Origin: Rebecca billardiae RCC1528
Lineage: Eukaryota > Protista > Haptophyta
Assembly: GCA_965240325.2 (NCBI GenBank)
Contig: OZ251247.1
Location: 62,001-126,000, forward strand
Length of the DNA: 64,000 nt
Direction of reading: 5' to 3'
Part shown: positions 47,805 through 59,729 of the stretch, in pieces
Layout of the letters: every line of letters begins with the position of its first letter
Numbering within the stretch: position 1 is the stretch's first letter
Notes under the pieces: model-generated
Seen by the model: the letters and a program-made list of their open reading frames with translations, nothing else
Told to the model about the DNA's origin: nothing
Databases searched by the model: none
Position numbers and translations under genes: made by a program

Positions 47805-49265
47805 TCAGCATACGCGAGCACGCCACGCCGCCTCGACGCGCGCGGGCGTGTCAATCCGCTGGGTGGGCTCGTCTCGCTCGGCCGCGCTCATGCCGAGGCC
47901 GAGCGCAGCCGATCGCTCACCGCACGCGTACACGCTGCCGTCCGCACTCACAAACAGCGAGTGGGAGTCGCCCATGGCACAGCGCACCACGCGTGCGGGG
48001 GCGAGGGCGCTGACTTGCGTCGGAGCCAGATGCTCGCGCTGCCGGCACCCCAGCCCGAGCTGGCCAAACTTGTTGTTCCCGAACGTGTGCACGCTGCCGT
48101 CCGCGCCCAGCACCGCGCTGCTGTCAAAGCCAGCACACGCGCGCACTGCGCGCACACCAGCGAGCGCCTCGACGCGGCATGGCGTGGACCACCTGCCACG
48201 GTCGTCGTGGCCGAGCTGGCCGTCTAAGCCACGTCCAAACGAGTGCAAGCCGCCCTCCGCGTCCACCACCAGGCTGTGCAGCGTGCCCGCACTCACGTGC
48301 ACGGCGCGCACGCCGTCCAGCGCCTCGATGCGCCTCGGCGTGTGCTGATCCTGCTCGTCGCCGTGGCCGAGACGGCCGTCCGAGCCAGTGCCGCACGAGT
48401 AGACGGCGCCTTGCACAGATAGAAACAGCGAGTGCATCAAGCCCCCGGATGCGCCGCCCGTGCGCACGCCGTCCAGCGCCTCGATGCGCGTCGGCTCCCA
48501 CCGGTCCTCCGTGTCGCCGTGGCCGAGCTGGCCGCTGACATTGTAGCCCCAGCTGTACGCACCGCCCGCGGCGGTGAGCGCCAGGCTGTGGTAGTTGCCG
48601 GCCGAGATGCCGACGGCGGGCTCACTCACGGGTAGCTCGACAAAAACGAATGCGCGCCGCTCCTCCGTGTTGCCCAGCCCCAGCTGGCCGGAGCCGTTGT
48701 AGCCGCAGCCGTACACGGCGCCGGCATCGCTCAGCGCGAGCAGGTGGCAGTTGCCAGCGGCCACCGCGACCACGCGCACCGCACTGAGGGAGACGACGTG
48801 CGTCGGCACACGCACTACATGCACGTCCGTGTGGCCGATGGCCTCGTGCACTCGGAACTCGCCCGTCGGCTCCCTGGTGTCCTCGTCCTCCTCCTCCTCC
48901 TCGCCGCACGTGTGCAGCCCGCCCTCCGCGTCCACAAACGCGCTGAAGCAGTCGCGTGCGGCGACGACTGCGGCGTGCACGCATGCGAGCTCGAGAAGGT
49001 ACTCGCGCACGAACAGCTCCTCCGTCCACGTGCGCACGCCCGAAGGCAGCGACGCCGGCAGCGCGCGCTCGTGCCCGCGCGCGCGCGCGCACTTGCGCAG
49101 CGCGCGCTCGACCGGTGAGCAACCGCCGGGCGGCGCGGCGTGGAAGAGGCGCGCGGTGGCGTTCAGGCTGGCGAGGTCACGAGGCGGCAGGAGCGAGATG
49201 ATGCAGTCAAGCACCTCTGACGGCAGGTCGACGAGCGCGCGCGTCGGTTGTGCGGTGTCGCCCAT
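47805..49265 (-). CDS. F-box-like + RCC1 repeat protein, copy 5, intronless, tandem to copy 4
   Basis: LVDLPSEVLDCIISLLPPRDLASL followed by RCC1 blades; upstream 49361-49500 is similar to 47563-47685 upstream of copy 4. Confidence 0.92.
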   Translation of the reverse strand: MGDTAQPTRALVDLPSEVLDCIISLLPPRDLASLNATARLFHAAPPGGCSPVERALRKCARARGHERALPASLPSGVRTWTEELFVREYLLELACVHAAVVAARDCFSAFVDAEGGLHTCGEEEEEDEDTREPTGEFRVHEAIGHTDVHVVRVPTHVVSLSAVRVVAVAAGNCHLLALSDAGAVYGCGYNGSGQLGLGNTEERRAFVFVELPVSEPAVGISAGNYHSLALTAAGGAYSWGYNVSGQLGHGDTEDRWEPTRIEALDGVRTGGASGGLMHSLFLSVQGAVYSCGTGSDGRLGHGDEQDQHTPRRIEALDGVRAVHVSAGTLHSLVVDAEGGLHSFGRGLDGQLGHDDRGRWSTPCRVEALAGVRAVRACAGFDSSAVLGADGSVHTFGNNKFGQLGLGCRQREHLAPTQVSALAPARVVRCAMGDSHSLFVSADGSVYACGERSAALGLGMSAAERDEPTQRIDTPARVEAAWRARVC

Positions 49266-49559
49266 CTTGTCAGTCCATAGGGCGTCAATCTCGCCTGCCT
49301 GAGCTGTGTGCGTCTCTTATTCTTAGTAAACTGTATCCCGCGGTCCCCCGCACAGGTGCAGCCACCGTTGTACAACAGTGTCAGTGACAGTTGGCGTCTG
49401 CCTGTTCTGCGGTCGTTCTGCTACCGTGTAGCAGCTTACCATACTGTAGTCTTGCTGTCAATTCGCCGCGGTCTGATGCTCGTGACTAACAGTAATGAGT
49501 ATTACAGCGTGCCGGGACGACGGCGTACTCTGAGCAGCAGAGACGCGCGCGACAATCCG

Positions 49560-50260
49560 GGCGACGATAGCAGTACAGGTCGCTGCTTCAACTTTCGGAC
49601 CCGATTGCTGTTCACTTTTTGTGCACGATGGCGGCGGCGCCCCCGGGGGTCTGCGGCGCTTGAGATCGCGTCTGGCGGCAACCCCAGGGTGTGCCTGAGG
49701 TACAACCCAGCGGCTATGTACCATTTAGACGACTTTGTTCAACTACCATGTGCCCCACGGACGCCACGAGGTCCACGACGGGGCCGCCGACGGCATGCTT
49801 CAACTTTCGGACCCGCGGGCTCTCAGCGCGCGCGCCGAGTCAGAGCCGCTGCCTGGTGAGCCGTGTGAGTCGGGCTTACGGCATCATGCATTCTAGACAT
49901 TACATACATGCAGTAGACCACCTCAGGACCGGACGAACATGCTCACTCAGCTTCCGCGCCAGCCCCAGGCGGCAGCTGCGGCTGCGCCGCCGCGGGCACC
50001 GTCGACCACTTTCGGACCGCATGCTCTCAGCACGCACGCGGAGTCTGCTAGCAGCTGCGGCCGGGTAGGCCATTCGAGTCGGGCTGAGGGCATCATACAT
50101 TCCAGACATCACGTGCGTGTAGCAGCCAACCTCAGGGGCAGGTAAGCATGCTCACTAGGCGACTGTCGATGTCAGCTCCAGACCCTGCGTCGCGGGCACC
50201 GTCCGGCGTTCGCCGTCGACCTCGACCGGGTGAACTTTCGGACCGCGGGCCAGCACGCGC
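49560..50260. repeat. Degenerate tandem array with a period of about 210 bp, about 4 units
   Basis: actttcggacc recurs at about 49592, 49803, 50009 and 50235; 49871-49950 aligns with 50080-50160. Confidence 0.65.
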
Positions 50261-50826
50261 ACGCGTTGCCTCCGCCTCCTTCTGCGCAGTTCGCGCGGCC
50301 TTCTTCTGGTTGAATTCCCGCAACGACCACGAGTCATTCTGGCCATTGAGCCGCATGTTGTCCGGCTTCGGCGCGGCGACCTCTACGGCGGGCACAGGAA
50401 GGATACCGAGCTGGTCGGCGAGCTCAGCCGCGTCGAACCTCACCGCCTCAGCCTAGCGCACGTCAACAAGTTCGGCCTCGTGCTGCTCACGCAGGCGCGC
50501 GAGCTTGGCGGCCTGGCGTGCCGACTACTGCTTGGCAAGCTCAACGTTGGCGCGGAAGGCTGGAGCAATCTTCCAGCGCATCCCCGCCGGCGTGGCTGTG
50601 AACACACTGGCAACTTCGATGATGCGAGCGCGCCAGAGGGCTCGTTGTCGTCGGCCGAGCACGCAGCCGCGCGCCCCAACACCACCGCATGGCAGCCGCC
50701 CTCTCAACTACCACGCGATATATCTCGTGGGTCTCCACCTTCGCCTCAACCGAGTACGGCTTTACGCCCTTAGCCGCCTTCATCGAGGCGCTTGCGCTGG
50801 GCCCGGCCGGCGCGCACAGCGTAAGC

Positions 50827-51562
50827 GCGGACGTACCGATCAGCGCAGCGCCTGAGCTGCGAGCGGCCGAGGACGATGCCAGCAGGCACCGCGACCCGAC
50901 TGGTGACGTATACTGACGGGCACGTCACCCCACGCGCCGACAGGCCGCTCAGCCCCGCCGCGGCGCGCCCGCCACGCACCCGCCGATGAGCGAGCCACTG
51001 TCGCCATCCATCGCCCGGGTCCGTGCGCCGCCACCTGGAGCTTCGGAGCCGCTCGCAGCCTCGCCGTCGCCGATCAGCTTCGCGACGCTCTGCACGATCG
51101 CGTCCATGCTCTGCTGCTGGTGCGGCAGGAGGCCGACGGTCGCCATGCGCGGCGGCAGCAGCGCGTCCTCCTCGTCGAGCAGGCCGTCGGCGCCGCCGTC
51201 GTCGTCGTCATTGTCGCCGCTCGCCGCGCGCTGCGCGTCCGAGCGCGCGCCCGAGCGCACGCCCGCCGTGCCGTACCCGCTCGGCGCCGGCACGGCCTCC
51301 AAGGCGGCGGCGATGTACACGGCCAAGTACCTGTGCAAGGAGACGCTCGATCTGTGCGCCTGCGGACGTACCGATCAGCGCAGCGCCTGAGCTGCGAGCG
51401 GCCGAGGACGATGTCGATGCCAGCAGGCACCGCGACCCGACCGTGGTGACGTATACTGACGGGCACGTCACCCCACGCGCCGACAGGCCGCTCAGCCCCG
51501 CCGCGGCGCGCCCGCCACGCACCCGCCGATGAGCGAGCCACTGTCGCCATCGCCCGGGTCCG
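50827..51562 (+). repeat. Pair of direct repeats of about 195 bp (50827-51023 and 51362-51562)
   Basis: gcggacgtaccgatcagcgcagcgcctgag...cgcccgggtccg occurs twice with a few small indels. Confidence 0.9.
51268..51363 (+). pseudogene. Possible Helitron-type Rep fragment
   Basis: PYPLGAGTASKAAAMYTAKYLCKE resembles the two-tyrosine YxxKYxxK motif of Helitron Rep; the HUH motif and helicase are not seen. Confidence 0.4.
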
Positions 51563-51652
51563 AAAAACGAAGCAGTCCGAAAAACGAAGCAGCGACCTGT
51601 AGTAGTAGTAGCCTGGAGTGGTATAGCCCCAGCATGGCCACGTAGACCGAGG

Positions 51653-52411
51653 ATGCCCAGCGTCGCCACGAACACCGAGCCCGAGGGGACTTTCCCCGGC
51701 GAGCTGCGCTTCTCCGACCGCGCACTGTGTGACGGATCGAAGCGCACCGCCGCGGATGGCCTCTCGCGCTGGTGGACCATCACGCTTGCGGATGGCACGC
51801 GGCTGACGCACTCCATCGCCAGGACGGCCACGCAGGAGGCTGGCCCTGCTTCTCCACAGGGAAAAACCGCCGGCCCCCGCCGGCGGCGCAAGGGAGGTCG
51901 TGGCGTGCCTCCTACTGCTCCCCCGCGGACCGCCCAGCACGCAGCGCGCACGCCGGCCTCGCCGGTGCGCCCGCCCGCCGCGCAGGGCTTGGACGCTGAG
52001 GCGCTGCAGGCGAACGACGAGCAGCAGCACTCTCAGAAGCGGAAGAAGAAGCCCCGGCGTGGGAAGCGCGGGCAACGGCGCGACGCCGAGGGCCGACGGA
52101 TTCGTTCTCCATCGAGCCGTCGCTCCTCGACGCGCCGCGCCGTCAAGGAACGCCAGGCGCGCAAGGCGGCGCGCCTGGCACCGACCGCTGCACCCACGCC
52201 AGTCCCTGCTGCCCCGCTCCACGAGGACCGAGACTCGCCCCCGGGCGACGACTTGGACGACGAGGAGCTGCCGCAGCAGCGGACGAAGCGCACCCTGGAC
52301 GACGCCGCAGCGCCAGCCGCCGCCAGCCAGCCAGCTGGCTCGAGCGGCAGGCGCGTACGCGACCGCTCGGGGAGCACGGGGCAGGCTCGACCAGCTGCTA
52401 CCAGCGGCTGA
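51653..52411 (+). CDS. Hypothetical 252-aa ORF in a repeat block, basic with NLS-like stretches
   Basis: ATG-initiated and protein-like (SRWWTITLADGTRLTHSI, QKRKKKPRRGKR); no family recognised. Confidence 0.3.
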   Translation: MPSVATNTEPEGTFPGELRFSDRALCDGSKRTAADGLSRWWTITLADGTRLTHSIARTATQEAGPASPQGKTAGPRRRRKGGRGVPPTAPPRTAQHAARTPASPVRPPAAQGLDAEALQANDEQQHSQKRKKKPRRGKRGQRRDAEGRRIRSPSSRRSSTRRAVKERQARKAARLAPTAAPTPVPAAPLHEDRDSPPGDDLDDEELPQQRTKRTLDDAAAPAAASQPAGSSGRRVRDRSGSTGQARPAATSG

Positions 52412-52650
52412 GACTGCCAGCTGACATCCGGACCTGCACCATCGCCCTCGCTCGGGGCACAGCAGGGCCATGCGAGCCGCGCAGCGCAGGTGGATCGCGC
52501 TCCAGCAGCTCAAGGCCGCGCTCAAGCTTTACGATCGCGGTGCAGGCTATGCTCTGCCACCAACGCCGACTTCGTGTCGACGATCGGGCACTGCCGCCGA
52601 CGAATCAGGAGACCCGCGTCGTCCTACCTGTGTCGTTAAATCATAGAATG

Positions 52651-54587
52651 AGCCTGGTCCAAACGCACTGGAGCACTTTCGGGGATTTTATCGCCAAATG
52701 AATGCGGGCCCCTAGGCACGCGCTCACACCCGGAAACAGCGTAGCAAATGGGCCCAGCCCGGGCGGAGCAAAAGTCTCGGCCTAAAAATCGCATCCGCGG
52801 CCCGTCGTGAGCGTGCGCGCGCGCGCCGCGGACAACTACGGACACATAGAGAATCGTCAGTCTGAATGTGGGTAAGTAATTAGCCGAAATGAGCCCAAAC
52901 GCACGAACTTACTTATTGGCGTACGTCGAGGCGAGCATGAACCTTGGTACAGGCCATTAGGATGGGCTCTGGTCTGTGCGCAAGTGGCCGTACTCAACTA
53001 CTGCAAGATCGACTATATTACCCATTTTACCCGCATATTATGGGCAATGTACCCGCATAAATATGCGTTCTGAGTCTGTATAATTAAATGCCACTATGTC
53101 GTTACATATTCGCCATAGGTGGGTAGCTGTCCCAGGCTGCACGATTAGTGCGGCGCCCGGGGTGCAGTGGTCGGACGAGGCTCCGCCTGGCCTTCCGCGC
53201 ACTCCTGCAGACAAGAAGAGGGCCGGACTCCCACCCGGCCAGGCGTGCGGCAGTCGGTCAGGTGCTGGACCTGGTCTGGAGACCATCTCCTGCGTGGCGA
53301 CTGGCCGATATGCGGCACAACGCGCGCCGCCGTGAGCCACACGGCAGGTTCGCAACGGATCCGGATCGCGTGTCCATGGCGGCGTGCATCGAGTCATTCA
53401 AGCTGTCAAGTCGCGTGCCACGCCCGCCCTTTCACTTGGGGCATCAGCACTGCCTACAACGACGCCATGTGCGTCCTTAGACGAGGCATAATCGCGGTTC
53501 TAGCTGCTCGTCCAAGGGTCAGATCGCACGTCTTTGCTCGCCCGACAGCCTCAACGGCGGACTGATGTGATCCGCGGGTGACGATGCGACCGCTTCGAGT
53601 GCGCCTACGGCCACCACCGGGGTGGGGATCGTTCATGGGCACCCTCCGCGTGCCATGACATGCTCTGGCCGTGCGTGGTGACTTGACCCACCGCGCGTAA
53701 ACGGGGAAGACACCTGAGCACGTGCTTCCGAGCCACCCGAATGGCACAATGTGCCACCCATGGACACCAAACACCTGCCAGAGCGCGAGCCTTGCGTGCT
53801 GGAGTAGCCGTACGACACCATGGAAGACGTATGAGCGCTCTCAACCATCTTCAAGCGACGACTCCGTCGACTCTGCCTCGCAGACCGCGGTACGATCCTC
53901 GACCTTGTGCTCGCAGCAAAGGCCATGACGGTAAAGCAGCACCCAGGGGATGGGAGTCAGCCGGCAGCCACTACACTGCGACTGTACACACCCAGCCCCG
54001 CAAGGCGAGCCATCCTGATCGCCCCCAGCCCGTCATACAGCTCCACGAGAAGCACAAATCGACTGCCGCCGCTCTGGACGACCCATGCGCAAACGTGACG
54101 GGACTGGCCGGATGAAGCGTTGGCAATGCGCAGCGCGCCCAACGCTGGTGGTGGCATCGAGTACATGCTAGGGGTAGGCGGTGCCCCATGCGAGCCGTCG
54201 CGTGCCGCGCATATTCCCGGAGGTGCCCCTTCTCGAAGGCGCAGCGCAGCCCAGCAGCTGAGCGTTCGACGCGCGCCGTCGGGCGAGAAGTCGACCTGGC
54301 GACGGACCGCGGGCGGCGGAAGCAACGCAGACATGTCGCTCAAGATGTGCACGCACACCGCCGGGGCACCCGAACGATGTGTCCAGCACTACACCTGACA
54401 CGAGGCGGCGCAGTCGTCCAGTCGAGGCTCTCGAGCCCCAGTCCGACCTTCGTCGCGGCGAGCCGTCGGACGCCCGGTGGCGATTTTTTGACGAGCGCGA
54501 CGAGCGACGAGAAAAATCGGGAGAAATGAGGCGCCCAAAATCCGAAAAAAGGCTTTTTCAGTGGCGAAAATCGGGATGGACCAGGCT
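52651..54587. mobile_element. Element of about 1.9 kb with 11-bp TIRs AGCCTGGTCCA
   Basis: agcctggtcca at 52651-52661 and tggaccaggct at 54577-54587; starts exactly where the dispersed repeat ends; no clear target-site duplication. Confidence 0.55.
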
Positions 54588-54628
54588 AGTAGTAGACGAC
54601 GAAAGATGCTGCTGCTGCAGCATATATA

Positions 54629-54765
<137 letters not shown>

Positions 54766-55466
54766 ACGACGTGGCAGCATCGGACAAGCGTCAGGCTCAG
54801 AGTGCAACAGACGCATAGAATGCGTCCGCGCCTTCCGACCAGGTCAGACAGTGCGCCACCCGCAGCCCTGCCCCCCTACGGGAGCGGGGCCGGGATGGAG
54901 CACCGCCTCGGCCTGGGGCACACGGCGCGGCGACGGCAGATGCCGCCGCGGCCGAGCGCCTTCCGGAGCACTTGGATGAGGGTGAGGTCGTAGTCGATGT
55001 CGCCGCCCGCCGACCTAGCGGCGAGCAGCTCCGGCAAGCGGCAGCCGCGGCTGTCGCCCCCGTGCGCCCGCGTGGGCGCCTGGATGAGGATGAGGTCGTA
55101 GTGCGCGTCGCCGCGCGCCGGCCAAGCGGCGCGCAGCTGCAGAAGAGGGGCTTGGAGTGAGTGAGCGCGCCGCCTAGCGCGCTCTGGGCGATGAAGCAGA
55201 TGAGGTGGTAGTCGATGTCGCAGCCCGGCCCGCCGGCGGGCTGCTGCAGATGCAGTGCTTGATGCTGGGGAACCTGGCCCCTGGGCTCGTCACACCCCGC
55301 ACCCCCTGCCCCACCTAGGGTCGGGAGCGAGGCGGGCACGGTGGCGGAGGCCGGGCGCCAAGGGCCAGATGGGTGCAGCGGCGTCCACCTGCTGCATCGC
55401 CCCCCGAGGCGATGCAGCCGGCGGCCGGCTGGAGAAAGAGGGTGCCAGTGCCTATCCCGGACCCGC

Positions 55467-55686
<220 letters not shown>

Positions 55687-55890
55687 CTTGAAAACTGACA
55701 GGCGGGCTGCGCGGCGACGCAAAAAGAACCGCTCACGTGAACTGCATAGGGCTCATTTTTTGATCGCCTAAGGTGCACTTACCTGCGCCAATATTCAGCT
55801 GGGAAGCGTGCGAATCTCGGACGATAGGCGCCGAAGCCGGAGATCCGCAAGCTCCAGCAAAGGGATTTCGGGAGTGGACCCTTTCACTAC

Positions 55891-57384
55891 CACTGGGGAC
55901 ACGGCACCCAGGGTCGGAGAAATCAGAAAATCGGCGCGCTTTTTATTTCCGCCTTGCATTTATTCAGCCGCGCGCTGCGCGGCGGACGCGCGCGTCTCGG
56001 GCGAGCGGGCGACGGCGCCGCGCTCCCGTGCGTGTGGACGATCCCGCGAGCGCAGAGCCGGCGAGCTAGGCTGGGCAGTCGTGCTGAAGTGCCATTCGCC
56101 GCTTCGCGCCGCACATCGCATTCGGCTGTACTTGCCTCGGGCCAGCACTTGTCTGTGCACACCGCCACACGGCCAGCCTCGCCCGCGTGCGCCATGCGAG
56201 GCGAGACACACACGGAGCATGCGCTTCCGCGCGGCGAGGCCTACGCTGTACGCACTGCGCTACCTTGCGCCGCCGCGCATGAGCGCGGGTCCGAACAGCT
56301 GCGTTCAGGTGTGCTGATTGCATCATTCATACGAGCCGATTGGTCGAACAAGCGCTCTGGCCCGACGATGACGTTGCAGCGCACGCCATGCTGATATGCG
56401 GTGACGCGGAGCATGTGCGCTCGCGCGGAGTGGCCACACACGTGACCGCTGTCCAGCTCTGCCCCGGCATTGAACTCCCTGACTCGTGCTCCGACGTCAA
56501 TCTTGGCCCGAGCTAGTACGTGCATGCATGCGTGCTGATGCAGAACATACCTGAACGAGGCCCATGATGGCCTGCGTGTATGTGCCTCCTCGGATGACAC
56601 GGCGCGTGTATGAATGTGTGTATACTACCTTGTCAAGCAGTAGCTCACGTTTGGACGTTCGTGTCGAACTTGACGGTGCGCATCGTGCACACACGGTCAG
56701 CCTTGATAGACACACCCGTGCAGCCGGAAGGCAGCATCAGCCTGCCTAAGACGTGAGCATCCAGCCCCGACGCCGCTTCCGGTGCCTGAATGGCGCGCGC
56801 TCCTTTCACGCGGGAATGTGCTCACTACATCACTATCCAGAAGGGCGCATGTCAGTGCTTTGCATGCTCACACGACCCTCGCCGTAGGTCGATGCCAACC
56901 GGCTGCGTGATGCTCGATCATGCCTTTTGACGGCTGTGTGACCCGTGCAGATGCGTATGCCAGGCAGCGTACTGTGACGAGCGATGCCGCGTGCATAAAC
57001 TACCTGGACATTGCCCAGTGCAACCAAGTGCCGGAAGCCGACGCCGCTGCTCGCGGCACGCGTGCAGTCAGCCGAGGAATGCACACAACTTCCTTGTTGG
57101 TGCGGCGCACGCGATGGCCTGAGGCGCGGCGGATGCAGTGATTCCGAACGGCGAGCGGTGGAACGACGCAAATGGCTGCTCTTCAGCCGCGCTCAACCAC
57201 GCGCACCGCCTTCGCGGGCACGCAACTACCGCAGGAGGGCGCGCAGTCGGCGCCCATCTCGCCCCTCCAGCGCCGCCCAGCGCGCTTCAGCGCAGCCGCC
57301 AGCGGCAGAGGTTGGTGGTGCTCTGACGGCATCACCAACATATTCGGAAAAGAAAATCCCCACCCGAAATTCCTGCGCCCAGTG
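55891..57384 (-). mobile_element. CACTG-ended element of about 1.49 kb, copy 2, inverted and nested
   Basis: Reverse complement of 15642-17128 with scattered substitutions and small indels. Confidence 0.85.
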
Positions 57385-57687
57385 GCCGCGTGGGTCTTCG
57401 TTGGAGGACGGAGGCGGCGCTTTTTGCCCTTCGCCCGTCCGCCGCCACCGTTGTACTGGGCCGCACGAAACGCGTCCGTCGCCGCGTTGACCTGCAGTGG
57501 GCGCGCGCTGCATGGGCTGCGGCAGAACAGCATCACGCGCGACGCTGCCCTGCGAACGTTCTCCCTTCCCACCGCCTGCGGGTCTCGAAGGGTTGGTCGC
57601 GGCGGCGTGCAACCGCGAATGGTCGCGGAAGCAGACCGGTCTCGCCCGTCATTGGCGGCGGTAGCAGGTCAATAGGGAGAAGTGCAG

Positions 57688-58910
57688 AGTGAGAGATATA
57701 GGGAGTCGATCCGCTGTGGGACGTGGGTGAGCGTAGCCCTGATTACCGCGCGATCCTTCGCGCCAGCTTGGGCCCACACGTCTGTGCAGAGAGCAGACGA
57801 CCATCCGCAGAACCGCGGGCTCGGATTCAATGACGGCGCCGCGGGCTTGAGAGCGTGCACGCCTTTGGTGCGCGACAAATCTACGGGTGGATGCGATCCA
57901 GGTGGCTCAATGTGCGCCAGGTAAGGCTGCATTCGCCTGTAGCGGTCACGCCTGCAGTGCTCCCTGTCGCTCATCACGCGCGTGCGCACTCCCCGCTGAT
58001 CAGTCGGATCTGATCGGCTTCCCTCCCTTGTCCGCAACGGGTGGCGCGCATGGCTTTGAGACGCTGAGACGGTGCGCGTGCATAGTGAGAGATATAGGGG
58101 GGCGATCCGCTGTGGAACGTGGGCGAGCGTAGCTATGATTACCACGCGATCATTCGCGCCAGTATGGGCCCACACGTCTGTGCAGAGAGCTGACGACCAG
58201 TGCATGATCACTTCCGCGGCCGATTCGCGGGAACCGGCGCGGACTGACAGGGCGCCGGGCTTGAGAGCGTGCACGCCTTTGGTGCGCGACAATTCTACGG
58301 ATGGATACGCTTCTGGTGGCGCAATGCGTGCCAAGGAATGGCTGCATACGCATGTAGTGGTCACGCCTGCAGTCCACAGTGTCGCTCGTCATTGATCGGC
58401 TGCTTGGCGCCCTTGAGTCCGCAACGGGTGGCGCGCGGCTGCGCGCATGGCTTTGAGACGCTGAGACGTCGTCAAGGAGGAGCGCGCGTGCGGCGAAGGC
58501 AAGCGTAGTACTGTTCTGCAGCTCAAGCAGCCCCAACGCGCTCTCGCCAGTACGCGCCTGCGCGTCTGCGCAGACGGGCGGAAAGCTCAGACCGCCGGCT
58601 GAGAGAGGGAGCGCGCAAGCCCTCGTGCCACTGCGAGTGAATGCGTCGGCGGACTTCGGGGGGATACCCACCATGCGCCCACGAAGAGCTACATTCACGG
58701 ACATGGCAGTTGCGACGCCGACTCACAGTGTCGCGCATCATGCGCGCGCACGCTTGCACGATACCGACACACCCAAAAGCCATGACCGGGCGCGCGGGAC
58801 CCGCGCGCACGGCTTCCAGACTCGGAGACTGTGTCAAGGAGGAGCACTTGCGGGGCAGGCTGAAGCATAGTGCTGATCTGCCGCAGCCCAGGCAGCACAC
58901 GCCCGCAGCA
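57688..58910. repeat. Diverged tandem units of about 370-400 bp
   Basis: agtgagagatataggg...gctttgagacgctgagacg at 57688-58072 and 58084-58468; gtcaaggaggagc recurs at about 58471 and 58833. Confidence 0.75.
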
Positions 58911-59339
58911 GGGCAACGGAACGGCTGCACGACCTCACGCGATGCGTGGCCCAGCCCCGCCCCCCGGCGGGGGGGCGAGTGCGGAACCAGTGTACCCTCG
59001 CTTGTTCGGAGAGGCGCGCCCGCTTTGGCCGACGAGCGCAGCTTGCGAAAGTGACCGGGCCCCTTGTTCTTCGTAGTAGAGCAGTTGCAGATGATTGGAT
59101 GCCGGGAGGGAATGATAGCAAATGGCTGACCAATCAGACAGCGCCATTGCGCCTACCCGCATTACTTGCCTCGCCGGAATCTTGAGTAAATCGATTTGGC
59201 CCTTTTGATTGGTTGTCTCCGCAATAGGCTTCTTTTTCGCATATGGCTGCTGACTTATGGAGATTCCAGGGCAGAGGCTTGCTTTTCAAGTAGGAGAACC
59301 TCTTGAGATGCCACGAAGCCCCTGCGCCCTTTTTCAAGG

Positions 59340-59563
<224 letters not shown>

Positions 59564-59729
59564 GACGTGGTATGCAACGGCGGGCAGGCGTCAGAGTCAG
59601 CAAGCTGCAGCGGCAGATCGAGCAGCATATATATATATATATTATGCGCGCGCTGAGCAACCGTCGTCAATATCATCATATCCACAGTAAAGAAATCGAT
59701 TTTCGGCGTTACCGTAACCCGTCCGCACT

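Noticed and set aside
14092-49265. Diversity-generating retroelement as the cause of RCC1 variability
   Set aside because: No reverse transcriptase or template repeat is seen, and the changes are not limited to adenines.
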